The notes under the pieces: generated by a model
Databases searched by the model: none
What the model was told of the DNA's origin: nothing
What the model saw: only the letters and a program-made list of their open reading frames with translations
Assembly (NCBI RefSeq): GCF_001194135.2
Contig: NC_068982.1
Location: 90,863,624 to 90,924,883, forward strand
Direction: 5' to 3'
Length of the DNA stretch: 61,260 nucleotides
Source of the DNA: Octopus bimaculoides
Lineage: Eukaryota
Translations under genes and position numbers: made by a program
Part shown: positions 1 to 11,880 of the stretch, in pieces
How the letters are laid out: every line of letters starts with the position of its first letter
How positions within the stretch are numbered: position 1 is the first letter of the stretch

Positions 1-54
<54 letters not shown>

Positions 55-161
55 GTTATATATATATACATATATATTTATAATGTACTATATATAATAT
101 ATATTTGTCTGTCTGTCTGTCTGTCTGTATGTATGTATGTATGTATTTATGTATGTATGTA
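1..161. repeat. Compound microsatellite (AT)n / (GTCT)n / (GTAT)n
   Basis: Perfect and near-perfect di- and tetranucleotide runs read directly. Confidence 0.95.
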
Positions 162-928
162 TATACGTGTGTCAGAACTACAGCCGCCATTCGCAAGCGC
201 ATATGGATTGGTGGTAGCATACGTAATGCTTTCGATAATTCTTTTAAGTGCCGTAATTCTCCGCAATAAAAATATTAATAGGTAGAGGAAGCTTGGGAGA
301 GTTGAGCTACAGGAACAGTTTAGCCATAACAATTTTCTCTAAATCTATAAATTATTAAAAGTAATTACTGCCGCGTATTGGAAGCACTTCTTATCTAATA
401 CATTTAACAAGTGTAAGCAATTTATACAGTTATTTTTTGAAAAAATCATTTTTACACCAATAGGTAAAAGTTGGTTTGAAGGTAAGCATGTTCATATTTC
501 TGTAGAAGTATGTAGGATTCTGATTGAATGCATTTTGTAATATACGTTTATCGTTCCTCTATCACTGTGATCGTTAAAAAATCCGTCTGATCGTTAAAAA
601 ATCCGTAACGGTTACAATGATACATGAAGTTAAGATGGCAGGGACAGTTAAGATGGGGAGAGTTGGAACAGCCATGTATGGGAGAGTTGAGCAGTAGTCA
701 AACTCCCTTTATTAATGCGTAGTGAAAAGACATTTTTAACCTGTTCATTTTATTACTTCCTATGCTAATTATCAAAAACTCTGGTAGCTGTTAATGAGCT
801 GCGTTTGCTTTCGAGTTTAAGTGTGTTGAAGCTAAACTGCATAGGGCTTCAATTCAAAATAAGGGATAAAATTTTGATCTACTTGCCTTCATACTGGCTA
901 AAATTTAGACATGTATTAACTTTTTCAG

Positions 929-2100
929 ATGCCTTGGAAATATATCCAGACCACCAATCGTGGAGCTGCAGAGGATGATTTAGTAGGGACAGATCGCGTC
1001 AGAGAAGGATGCAGTATTCGTGGTGCTGCTAAAGATTCCAATATAGCAAGAATGACACTAAAAAAAGATATATAGACAAATGTAAGGAACAAAATGATGG
1101 GCAAAACAAAGTGTTTGGGTACAAAATTTGCAAGATAAAAGATATGACATTTTCATCAGAGATGAAAGCTGGGTTATCGACTCACATAAAGACTTTAGCC
1201 GAGCAGTTCCACGGACTCACACGAAATAAATGCCGTGAGTTGATAGTGGAATATGCATTAAGAAAAAATGCTACGGTCCCTGATTCTTGGCAACAAAACG
1301 GAATAATTGGCGACCATTTTTGGATATCCTTTAAAGAGAGAAATCATCTAGCAATTCGAACACCAGAGGCTACATCTCTTGCTAGAGCAAGTGCGTTCAA
1401 TCGCTATAACGTTGGCACGTTTTACAACTTAATGAGTGTTATGGACCTGCACAAGTTTGAATGCCACGACATTTATAAAGCAGATGAAACCAACCGCGTG
1501 CGTAACTGTGCAGCAACCTGAAAATGTCGTCTCTGTACAGGGAGTGAAACAAGTAGGGTCTATAACTTCCGGCGAGAGAGGACAACTTTAACTGTTGTGT
1601 ATGCAGTTAATGCAGCAGGAAATGTTGTTCCATCACTGCTGATCTTCCCACGATAAAACTATAGGGATTATATTATCAAAAGTGGTCCTGCAAGCTGTAT
1701 CGGAGGAGCCAATTCCAATAGATGGATTAATGAAGATCTGTTTGTGACTTCTTTAAAACACTTTATAGCCTACACCAGGGGCAGCAAAGAGAAGAAAGTG
1801 TTGTTAATTTTGGACAATCACGAAACGCATTTGTCTCTTGCAGCTATTGACTAGGCCAATAAAAATAGGGTGACATTAACAATCCCATCTCACACAAGGC
1901 ACAACCATTGGATGTGAACTGCTATAAGCCATCAAGACGGCATAGAGAGGAACGTCTGATACGGGAAGAGTTCCCAACCCGGAAGATCGATTACAATATA
2001 TGACGTTCCTAGGTTTGTTTCACATGCTCAGATACATGTTCTTGCCACTCAAAACATTATGTCTGGCTTCAACGAACGGGAATTTATCCCTTTAACCAGA
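929..2100 (+). mobile_element. Degenerate pogo/Tigger-like DNA transposon (HTH plus DDE_1 transposase pseudogene)
   Basis: ATG at 929 gives MPWKYIQTTNRG...GCSIRGAAKDSNIARMTLKK (psq-type HTH). ORF 1111-1521 is CENP-B-like (CRELIVEYA..., RTPEATSLARASAFN). Downstream frames give VGSITSGERG, TVVYAVNAAGNVVPSLLIFP, WINEDLF and VLLILDNHETH. Multiple stops and frameshifts. Confidence 0.85.
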
Positions 2101-2499
2101 GTTTGCACTTACAGTAGTAACAGATCGTGATCTTCCTGCATCATATTCTGAAAACCAAGCAGATGTTCTCCAATCAAGTTTTAAAGAAACGCCAGTTTCT
2201 TATTCAATGACAAAGTCACCCAACATTTCACAGGAACCATCGACTTCTACCGAAACTGATAATCCGAATGTTGAACGAAGTGGAGTTCTCGACTCTTCAA
2301 AATAGGGCAACTGGATTTTTGCAGTAATTTGTGAATATACAATTGAAATGCATTATAAGCGCATACTGATGTAATCATATACGTAAAATTTAAGCATCTT
2401 AATATTAATAGTACATGAAGAAGTTTACGAAACAGCTGTCGCCTTATGGAAGTCATGGAAAACTAATTATTTTCGTTTTTCACATCTTCTGACTTTACG

Positions 2500-2511
2500 C
2501 TCCATATATAT

Positions 2512-2571
<60 letters not shown>

Positions 2572-3195
2572 NNNNNNNNNNNNNNNNNNNNNNNNNNNNN
2601 NNNNNNNNNNNNNNNNNNNNNNNNNNNNNNNNNNNNNNNNNNNNNNNNNNNNNNNNNNNNNNNNNNNNNNNNNNNNNNNNNNNNNNNNNNNNNNNNNNNN
2701 NNNNNNNNNNNNNNNNNNNNNNNNNNNNNNNNNNNNNNNNNNNNNNNNNNNNNNNNNNNNNNNNNNNNNNNNNNNNNNNNNNNNNNNNNNNNNNNNNNNN
2801 NNNNNNNNNNNNNNNNNNNNNNNNNNNNNNNNNNNNNNNNNNNNNNNNNNNNNNNNNNNNNNNNNNNNNNNNNNNNNNNNNNNNNNNNNNNNNNNNNNNN
2901 NNNNNNNNNNNNNNNNNNNNNNNNNNNNNNNNNNNNNNNNNNNNNNNNNNNNNNNNNNNNNNNNNNNNNNNNNNNNNNNNNNNNNNNNNNNNNNNNNNNN
3001 NNNNNNNNNNNNNNNNNNNNNNNNNNNNNNNNNNNNNNNNNNNNNNNNNNNNNNNNNNNNNNNNNNNNNNNNNNNNNNNNNNNNNNNNNNNNNNNNNNNN
3101 NNNNNNNNNNNNNNNNNNNNNNNNNNTATATATATATATATACATATATATATCAGAGATTTAACATATATATATATATATATTTATATATACGC
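2500..3195. other. Assembly gap (N 2572-3127) flanked by (GT)n and (AT)n
   Basis: N run bounded by microsatellites. Confidence 0.98.
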
Positions 3196-3295
3196 AGAGG
3201 ATAGTAATTGAAAAGAAATCAGAACAAATAGACATAATGATACAATACTCCGAAAGGCGGATGGTAACAGCAACAAAGTTGTTATATCCATTATA

Positions 3296-3328
<33 letters not shown>

Positions 3329-3500
3329 AATGCATACAGAGATGGATAAATATGGGCGTTTTTTTCTTTTTTCAATTAATGACACACAATGTTGTAAAAA
3401 TTACAGAAGACTAATATAGAACATGAAAATGAGTTACTAAATTGAATATAGAAGAAACCATAACAAATAGGCCAGTCTTTTCTTGATATTATTTCTGTCT

Positions 3501-3910
3501 AAGGCGGTTGAGCTGGCAGAAACGTTAGCACGCTGGGCGAAATGCTTAGTGGTATTTCGTCTGCCGTTACGTTCTGAGTTCAAATTCCGCCCATGTCGAC
3601 TTTGCCTTTCATCCTTTCGGGGTCGATAAATTAAGTACCAGTTACGCACTGGGGTCGATCTAATCGACTTAATCTTTTTCTCTGTCCTAGTTTGTCCCCT
3701 CTATGTCTAACTCCTTGTCGGCAATAAAGAAATAAGAAAGTTTATCGCGCTGGGTGAAATGCTTAGCGGTATTTCGTCTGTCTTTACTTTCTGAGTTCAA
3801 ATTCCGCCGAGGTGGACTTTGCCTTTCATCCTTTCGGAATCTATAAATTGAGTACCAGTTGCCCACTACCCCCAAAATGTCAGGCCTTATACCTAGAGTA
3901 GAAAAGGATA
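3501..3910 (+). mobile_element. Head-to-tail dimer of tRNA-derived SINE (family A)
   Basis: Two consecutive copies of ...gaaatgcttagcggtatttcgtctg...ttctgagttcaaattccgcc...actttgcctttcatcctttcgg...agtaccagtt (3501-3735 and 3739-3910), with the B-box-like GAGTTCAAATTCC. Confidence 0.85.
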
Positions 3911-4239
3911 TCTCTCGCCTCGCTTTCTGACTTCCCTCTCAGTAATATTCTGCCTTTCTCTTTCTGTTTTTCTTTTGCTTATTCTTAGCTCCTTCGCATT
4001 AAATATACTCTCATTCTTTTTTATTCCTTTTGTTTTGCACAATCGATAATATCTTTAATTTCTTCATTTTTATCTCCCTCTTTTCTCTCTTCTGCCATAT
4101 CACTACCTTTTCTATATAGAGTTTCTATTACAAACCCCTAGTTTTCTTTCCTTCCACTTTTATTCCCAAATGTTCCTCTCATTACATAGTTAACTGTCTA
4201 TTCCTATCCTCTGCATTTTTTCATATATTCGCACATAGA

Positions 4240-4395
4240 AACACACACACACACAAACACTTATGATGGCTCCCGTGCACATGTGTGCTTTGTGTGTGTG
4301 TGTGCTTTGTGTGTGTGTGTGTGTGTGCGTGCGCGCGTGCGTGTGTGTTCGTGTGTGTGTGCGCGTGTGTGTGTGTGTGTATGTGTGTGCGTGTG
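4240..4395. repeat. (CA)n / (GT)n / (GC)n compound microsatellite
   Basis: Direct reading. Confidence 0.9.
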
Positions 4396-4969
4396 TTAAT
4401 ATATTCGTAAGTGTATCGTAAGCATACGGATACAGTGTTTATTGCCCAGGGGTCATGTGGGACTCGTCTGTGGTAATCCCAGTCACACACTTGCTGCATG
4501 AGGACATCAGGTACGTATTTTACGTGAAAAGAAAAGACAATTCATGACCAGAAAAAGTCGGGAGGCCATGAGATTCATGTGAAGCGCTCAGGCATCCCGA
4601 GAAACAATCTTGTTCTGGTCCTTCTCAGATTAAACTTACATCTATCAGGATTACAAAGTTACCAGGAGGAGAGACAAGTGAATGCTAGTTTTCAACGGCA
4701 GTGATAGCTTTGAAGGTCGTGAGCAAATGTGTTAGAGTCAATGCCATCGTTTGAATCGCGGTGTTGGATACGGTAGTCAGAAACTGGAGAGACGAGATGG
4801 CCCAGGAAGGCTTTTACAAGCATAGCCCTCGAATCGAAGGAGCGGCTGATGGAGCTGCATGTATGCTTCCGACAAGTTCCGATTTAAACGTCCTGTCTGG
4901 ACTACTATCGCTTTGACGTCCCATTAGTACAACTGTTGTAATCATACACAGTATTGTCCCTAATTACAG

Positions 4970-5135
4970 TGATGAACAACAGTACCCATGGTACTTACTG
5001 GATGAGGAACAACCCGCTTTGGGAGTCGCTATGATGTTGCACAAATTCCTAGAAATAGCAACCAAATTCCCCAAAATTGCACCCTACCGTCTTTAAAACA
5101 AAAGGAGGAACAGATTGGTAAACGTAGTCCTAGAT
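4970..5135 (+). mobile_element. Interspersed repeat fragment (family D), related in reverse orientation to 14265-14370
   Basis: ctagaaatagcaaccaaattcccc...caccctaccgtctttaaaa resembles the reverse complement of ttttaaggtaatagggtg...atttggttactatttcta at about 14290-14340. Confidence 0.5.
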
Positions 5136-5224
5136 ATACTAAGATACAGGCTGCAATTCGTGGAAATATCTTCGCTCAAATTTCTTAAGTTAAACAACAA
5201 CTACATTAAAGCAACATAGTGAAA

Positions 5225-5432
5225 TCCGTTAGCTTCAGCTGTTAAGAGGCTTGCCTTACAATTGAGTGTTCTCTCGTCTGGTTACACGATCCACAATCAA
5301 ACTTGTCATTCATGTTCCCTTTCTTTTATCATTCCTTTACTTGTTTCAGTCATTGGACTGCGGCCATACTGGAGGACGCCTTGAATGCTTTTAGTCGAAC
5401 AAATAGACCCCAGAACTTAAATTTTTAATCCT
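5225..5432 (-). mobile_element. SINE family B copy
   Basis: ttacttgtttcagtcattggactgcggccatactggaggacgccttgaa is the reverse complement of the ttcaaggcagtgtcacagcatagctgcagtcaaataacggaaacaagtaa segment at 41667-41718. Confidence 0.7.
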
Positions 5433-5499
5433 GGCACATAAATAAACCAACACAGATTGTCCAAGTAGTCGTGGGAGACAAACATAACACAAGTACAAA

Positions 5500-5512
5500 G
5501 ATAAACAGATAC

Positions 5513-5546
<34 letters not shown>

Positions 5547-6005
5547 NNNNNNNNNNNNNNNNNNNNNNNNNNNNNNNNNNNNNNNNNNNNNNNNNNNNNN
5601 NNNNNNNNNNNNNNNNNNNNNNNNNNNNNNNNNNNNNNNNNNNNNNNNNNNNNNNNNNNNNNNNNNNNNNNNNNNNNNNNNNNNNNNNNNNNNNNNNNNN
5701 NNNNNNNNNNNNNNNNNNNNNNNNNNNNNNNNNNNNNNNNNNNNNNNNNNNNNNNNNNNNNNNNNNNNNNNNNNNNNNNNNNNNNNNNNNNNNNNNNNNN
5801 NNNNNNNNNNNNNNNNNNNNNNNNNNNNNNNNNNNNNNNCGTGTGAAAGAGGGCTGGTGATCTTGACGTGTGCGTGTGTGTGTGTGTGTAGGTGTGAAAA
5901 TGTGGGGATGGGAATTAGTCAGTGCTGGTGTGTGCGTGGTGGTGTGTTGTGATGTGATATGCTGTGTGGTATGGTGTAGTGTGGTGTGGTGTGATGGTGT
6001 TGGGA
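5500..6005. other. Assembly gap (N 5547-5839) with (AT)n on the left and (GT)/(GTG)-rich low-complexity DNA on the right
   Basis: Direct reading. Confidence 0.95.
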
Positions 6006-6013
6006 GGTGGGGA

Positions 6014-6160
6014 GGGCTTCTTTCAGTTTCCGTCAACCGTATCTAGTCAAAAGGTTTTGGTCGGCCCTGGGCTATACTTGAAAACAGCTGCCACGCAGAG
6101 GGACTGTACCCAAGACCACATGATTAATAAGCAAAGTTCTTAACAACACAACCACATTTG
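6014..6160 (-). mobile_element. SINE family C copy
   Basis: gggcttctttcagtttccgtc...ttttggtcggccc..ggctata...agggactg..cccaagaccacatg...ttcttaacaacaca; same family as 57754-57897. Confidence 0.75.
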
Positions 6161-6388
6161 CACCTTTCTTTACACTTCATGATTTCCTGAATCGATTTAG
6201 GCTCTGTTCATAAGACCTTAAGTTTTGTTGGTATGACGGAAAAGATCGAAGTGATTAGTGCTGATCAAATTAATCAATGTCGTAAAAGTCAGTTTTATGA
6301 AATCCCTTTCAGCACACAACTATGACGAATATTCACAGGATTATATTGGATCATGAAGACATTTGGAAAGTCATTTTTACTCTACTGC

Positions 6389-6389
<1 letters not shown>

Positions 6390-6442
<53 letters not shown>
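6390..6442. repeat. (AT)n microsatellite
   Basis: Direct reading. Confidence 0.95.
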
Positions 6443-6443
<1 letters not shown>

Positions 6444-8089
6444 GTGTTCCTATGTATATATAAGTGCATATAGTTAAGTCGTTTTTTCAACCTCTTCAGT
6501 CAATAGTAGAAGCGAGTCACTTTTGAAACAGTTAAAAACCTTTAATAAAAGTATAATTTGTAAAATTTATCAAATAACAGCGAAATTTTAAATATTAATT
6601 ACTTTAGATTAGTTTATTATCATGAAATTTATTTGTATGAATATTTATAAGCTAATAATTTGTAATGAACCACTTTTAAATAAAAATTTAGAATAAATAT
6701 TTTTAAAAAATTATTCTCATAGTTGACCTGTTTTCTACCAATAATGTAATAAAGTCCATAAAAATATCTGTGTACATTAATTGCACATTTATTCATTATT
6801 CATCTATTTCACAAAAACAAAAATGTTTTATGAGTTCAATAGGACAAACATTTATAATTATATGTTAATTTTCTGATATACCACACGAAACAAAATACAT
6901 CTATTGACACCTAGAAAATTAATAACTTCTAAGAAATAGAATATTTTTTGCAAAATAATAAAATATATTATCTACCTTTTTGCTGTATTTATTCAGTGAG
7001 ATTCTAGCGGCTGATGCCGTTTCGCATATCAGAATCCATAGTTGTTTGAGATGAAAATTACCTCTACTTAAAATTGTCAGTGATTGCGAACTTTTGATAT
7101 TAATAAAGACACCCGGCTATACCCTAACTCAACCAGGTAAGAAGTAGGAAATATAATGAAATGTAATTTTACTTTCTACCAAAGCAATGAGAATTTCATA
7201 GAAATTTCATTACCAATCCATAAGTTATGGAGCCTATGATTAAATATAGTTTGAAAAGTTTCACGTCTCCGCAACTCAATAATAGTACTGTGTGATGACA
7301 ACATACGCTGTATTCCAAGTAATTCTCCCAATCAACTTGAAATGTTTATGCCCAAATTTTTGAAAATAATTTCCATATCATTGTGCAGTTTGTTTTTTTT
7401 AAGTGCTCAGTACACACTAAAATATCATACTCCTACAACTCCTCCTTAATAGTGACAAGCGTTGGCAAATGTATCACCTCCTTGCTCTTAATATTTATTC
7501 TAAATAGATCTAGTTTCCCAAAGAAAGCACTAGTTGCCTCTTTGAAAATTAAAATATTTGTATTTTAGTTTTGAGGCTGTTTGTTCAAGAAAGTTAGCTT
7601 CGCAAATACTGCTGAAAGGCAGAATATTTCACATTTGGCAGCAAGAATTTTTCGCTAAGCTGCTCATTATTCAGAATTATTACAACACTGTCCCGATGTA
7701 CAACGAAGCAACACAAGCAATAACCCTTAGAGGTTGGCATGTGATGTATGAAATTCAAAGCAGTAACATAAAATTTGACTCATACAAGACTTCCCAAAGT
7801 CAATTTAACACTGTATTCATCAATAATAAATTATTTTCAAAGTGTCAACTGAATCATTCTTTTCCAGCCATGACAGAACTTAAGATGTAGAGAATATATG
7901 GTGTGAATGATTTTCTTGTGTGTAAATTTTAAAGAATTACAAACAGCAATAGGCAATCTTGGACAGAAAAAGAGTGATAATTGAGTTGCTCCTCTTCATT
8001 GACTCTGCGACCCTTCTTAATTTCCAATTTTTATTCTTTGGCTTTTTTAAATTTCTCCTGGACTTTGTCGTGGATTTTCCTCCTGTTTT

Positions 8090-8410
8090 TAATTTCTGAG
8101 TTCTAATTCTCCCTTGCCTGTCATCCCCTGAGGTCGATAAAATAAGTACCAGTTTAGCATTGGAGATGGTATGGCTGACCTACCGACTCCCATCAAAAAT
8201 GCTGGCCTTGTGCCAAAATTTGAAAGAATTATTTTATGTTTATTTAGTGGGGATGGAATTGACAAAATCGTTAAATGCTTAAATAAAAAAAGCTACAGTA
8301 TTTGGTTACGGACTTTTGCGTTCTGCATTCAGATCCTTCTGTTATTAATATTGCCTTTCATCTTTTCAGAGTAGATGAATTAGAGTGCCAATTAGGTAGT
8401 GGATTGCTGG
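8090..8410 (+). mobile_element. Two degenerate family A SINE copies in tandem
   Basis: ttctgagttctaattc...gaggtcgataaaataagtaccagt...ggccttgtgccaaaatttgaaa (8090-8225), then a more decayed copy (8245-8410) with ttgcctttcatcttttc. Confidence 0.7.
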
Positions 8411-8444
8411 CCCATTGTGTGACGTGTAAGTTTATTTGGTAATA

Positions 8445-8662
8445 TAGGTTTCAAATTTTGATACAAGGCCAACAATTTTGGGGAAGGGAGATAGTCTATT
8501 ACGTCGACCCAAGTCCTTAACTGATACTTATTTTATCGAGTCCGAATGAATGAAAAGCAAAGACGACTTCGATGGAATTTGAACTCAGAACGTAAAGTTG
8601 GACGAAACGCCGCTAAGCATTTTGCCCGGCGTGCTAACGATTGTGCCTGCTCGCTGCCTTAT
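8445..8662 (-). mobile_element. Full-length family A SINE
   Basis: Reverse complement reads aaggcagcgagc..gcacaatcgttagcacgccgggcaaaatgcttagcggcg...ttctgagttcaaattcc...ggccttgtatcaaaatttgaaa. Confidence 0.88.
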
Positions 8663-8761
8663 TTTCTGATAATATTGTTTGCATGGTTTCTGAGTTTCAT
8701 AAAAAGCATATAATTTCGCATATAAGTACACAGTGATCCAAGCAAATTAACTGGTCCTTCC

Positions 8762-10470
8762 GTTCAGAGCCCTAAGACGATGTCGGGTAGCATGAACCCA
8801 CCTCTCCACGTGCCGAACCGGAAGCCTACCGACTTCCTCTGGTTATTCTTTTCCTCTGCAATTTCCAAAATTCCTGACACTATCACCGTAACGTTGTCCG
8901 CATAACCCGACACGAATCTTCTGAAACCTAGTCCACGCAAGATACCCCTCGAACGATCCAGCAGCACTGCCACATTTTGGCTCACAGGACTGAGAATTGC
9001 TTTGTTCTGCTGCCATTTGCAGTAGAAAAAGATCACCGAACAAGTCTGGCATATGAAGATAAAGTTTGAAGGGCAAACCATCCAACCTCAGAGACTTCTT
9101 TTACAGCTATTAATTGCATCACGTATGTCTTCGGATGTTATCGGCATTTCATAGAACTGCGCATTCCCGATCCAAGGCTGCAGGGAGCCGTCAACCTAGG
9201 AGCCGTCAACCCACCGTACGCCTTGTACAGATTCCGCACACATATGTTCTAATTAGAGTAGCAAGAGCCCAACTTAACCCGTCAAAGATTGAATTGCGGC
9301 TTCGTTTTCACATGTGTTAGAGCACATGCCCTAGCTTTGGCAACGTATCCTTTACACTTTGCAGTGAAAAATCGATCAGGAGCCAATCTCGCTGCCAGTC
9401 TGTCAGTCGCTATACTTTTTCTACGTGCCCCTTCTAGCTTCCTAGCTAGGTCTTCTTCCATTCTAGTCTTTACCGCTATTTCATTACTAAACCTTAACGC
9501 CTCTACCTTAATAGCCCTTTTCAGAACTATCGGCTATCGGTTGCTGACGATTGCACCTGTCAATTCTGTTGAGCTAACTTGCTAACACTGTCTCTGAGAG
9601 CTTGGTAACCCGGGTACGATGCGTTCAGGTTCCAGTATCCGGGGCCCTGCGTATGGATTCTATCTAGGTCGACCGCCGTGCAGGTCACAAATTTGTGGTC
9701 TGTCTAGCCCAGCACTTTCAATTATGGACAACTTATGCTATTTGTATCTACTGGCCTACAGAGTATTCTATCTAGATACGATCTGGATGGGCCAGTGCTG
9801 TTTGTCCATATCCACTTTCGCACATTCGGGAAATCCACTGGGTGCCTGTTTGCCAGTTGGAAGTGACTGACCAGGTTTGTGAGGTTGTTACACTAACCTC
9901 ACCTATCAGCTAGTCCCGAACTATCGGGTGCATCCAAGAGGGCATTCCAGTATCTTACTAGTACTAATGAACTAGACTTCCCAAGGAAACTGTCAAACGT
10001 CGGAATAAATCCGACAACCTCATCTCAATTGAAGCCTAAACAGCGACTAGCCTTTGCTGTGGAATACATCCAGGACCACCAAGTTACCATCCGTGCCCAC
10101 CTAAATCGTCCGTATCTCGAGATCTAAGCCTTTCCTAAACAGCACTGCCACCCTGCCTCCCATTCCAGGTCGACAAAGAGATGCGCAAACTCCAAAGTTC
10201 TCAAAAATGGGCGCTAGTCTACGTTTGTCAGAAATCCTTGCTTCCAGGGTGATCTCGGCCACATGCATTTATGCTAACCGCTCTTAAGCCCGCCGTGTTG
10301 GCCGAAAAGTGAAGAGAAAAGGAAATGGATTACTTGTTGACCCTTACGTTCGAACTTCCAAAGTCGTTGGAAGAAACCTACCTGAATACTTTTTATGTCT
10401 CCAAATCCAGCGTTATTATTTATAAGATATGTGGCACTTTCAATGTGTGGTGAGAGGGGTGAAACAGTTT
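8762..10470 (-). mobile_element. Degenerate L1/Tx1-clade LINE ORF2 (APE endonuclease plus partial reverse transcriptase)
   Basis: Minus-strand frames give GGRVAVLFRKGL, YWNALLD (GDWN-like), SYLDRILCR and TDHKFV (endonuclease motifs), then DGLPFKLY (RT domain 0) and VSGYADNVTVIV (YADD-like). Many stops and frameshifts. Confidence 0.8.
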
Positions 10471-10534
10471 GGTACATCGTTGGCGAATGCCCGAAATTGA
10501 CATAACTTAATTATAAAAGACGACATGAAAATGT

Positions 10535-11026
10535 AGCAAGAATGATCCATTGAGAGCTCTGTAGAAATCACGGCCTATACGGAGCAAAGACGTGGTACGA
10601 GCAAACCCCTAACAAGACATCAGAAACAGGACATTGTTGTGGAGAATAAACAAGAAAGAACTAGCGTGATAATTGACATAGCATATCTTGGTGACAACAG
10701 GATTAAAGAGAAAGAAGAAAAACTGAACAACTACGACGATTTAAAGTGGGAAATACGAAGATTGTAGTCAATGATGAGAGCAGACGTGAGACTAATAGCA
10801 ATTTGCGCATTCGGAAGTATTAGTACTCAACTACGAACATGGCTCAAAAAGATTGGCACAAATTCAAAGATAGAACACCTATAAAAATCAGCATTGCTTG
10901 GAACTGCAAGAATTCTCGCAGGGTATTTGAAGCATGATCAGTAGACAAGCATCACCTTAGACTGTTGGCTGTGGACAGATGACACATTCCATCATAGCCA
11001 GCAAAATAAGCTGAGAGTTTCCATCA

Positions 11027-11028
<2 letters not shown>
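10535..11028 (+). mobile_element. 5'-truncated R4/Dong-like non-LTR retrotransposon, 3' end (restriction-like endonuclease)
   Basis: Translates to ELCRNHGL..TWYEQTP...DIVVENKQERTSVIIDIAYLGDNRIKEKEEKLNNYDDLKWEIRRL...SALLGTARIL, the PD..D/KxxKY-type RLE C-terminus. Followed by a short 3' UTR and (TAA)n. Confidence 0.78.

Positions 11029-11065
<37 letters not shown>
11027..11065. repeat. (TAA)n microsatellite
   Basis: About 13 perfect units. Confidence 0.95.
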
Positions 11066-11194
11066 TCTAAATTTTGGCACATTTTGGGGGAGGGTAAGTC
11101 GATTGCACCGACCTGAGTGTTCAACTGGTACTTATTTTATCTAACCCCGAAAGGATAAAAGGCAAACTGAACCTCGGCGATGTTTGAACTCAGT
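11066..11194 (-). mobile_element. 5'-truncated family A SINE
   Basis: ctaaattttggcac...aactggtacttattttatc..ccccgaaaggataaaaggcaaa..gaacctcggcg...ttgaactcag is the reverse complement of the family A 3' half. Confidence 0.8.
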
Positions 11195-11499
11195 ATAATA
11201 GCCCTGTATACTGGTAGGAAGTATACATGTAACATTATACATGAGTAACGTGTATTTAATCTCGTCCAATTACGTAGAAAAATTCCATTGTAATTCTTTA
11301 TGTCACTTATCGACTCGATATGTGACTGACAAACAAATGCAAAATTTTAATTTATATAACATTTTGAACTGTAAAGGAAACTGAAAGTGAATTTATTCAA
11401 GTCAGGTGGCCAGGATAGAACGAAACATGGAACTTTCTACAGAGAACGATGTTGGGGACAGACAAACACTGAAGATGAGATTAAACAATATTGCAGTTA

Positions 11500-11880
11500 A
11501 TTACGGCAGAAAATGAAAACATTCACATCAATTATGGCATTAACTTGAGAACGATAATGTTAACTATAACAACTACTCCAACGACAGTAATAGGCGCTGT
11601 AACGACTACCACAGCAGTAAGAACTGCGACGTTATTATCAGTAGCATCAGTAACGGTGGTAAATGCAACAACGATAGCACGGTCACATATATTAATAACA
11701 TGTTTAGTACCTGTCGATATAGAAATAGCAGTAGCAACCCCAAACACACGACAGTGTTTGTACAGCCAGGAGCAGTAACAGCAGCTGCAATGCCATGGAC
11801 TCTCATAACAACATCAGTGCCATTTGTAATAACAGTGGCAGCGGCGGTAAGAGAAGCAACGATAATATTCCGTACATAAC
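11500..11880. repeat. Cryptic trinucleotide low-complexity tract (ACA/GTA/GCA-type units)
   Basis: Period-3 runs such as acagcagtaagaactgcgacg and gtagcatcagtaacggtggta; gives T/A/V-rich ORFs on both strands. Confidence 0.7.

Noticed and set aside
2495-3211. Long ORFs of 216-231 aa
   Set aside because: They run through an N-gap and dinucleotide repeats. The same applies to the ORFs at 5425-6036, 16331-17548 and 58660-59055.
3501-3600. tRNA-like A/B boxes in SINE heads (also about 44120-44170 and 60440-60500)
   Set aside because: No complete cloverleaf; they are heads of interspersed SINEs, not tRNA genes.
4500-4960. GC-richer stretch that might be an exon or a retroelement fragment
   Set aside because: No open frame or motif I can recognise; left unannotated.
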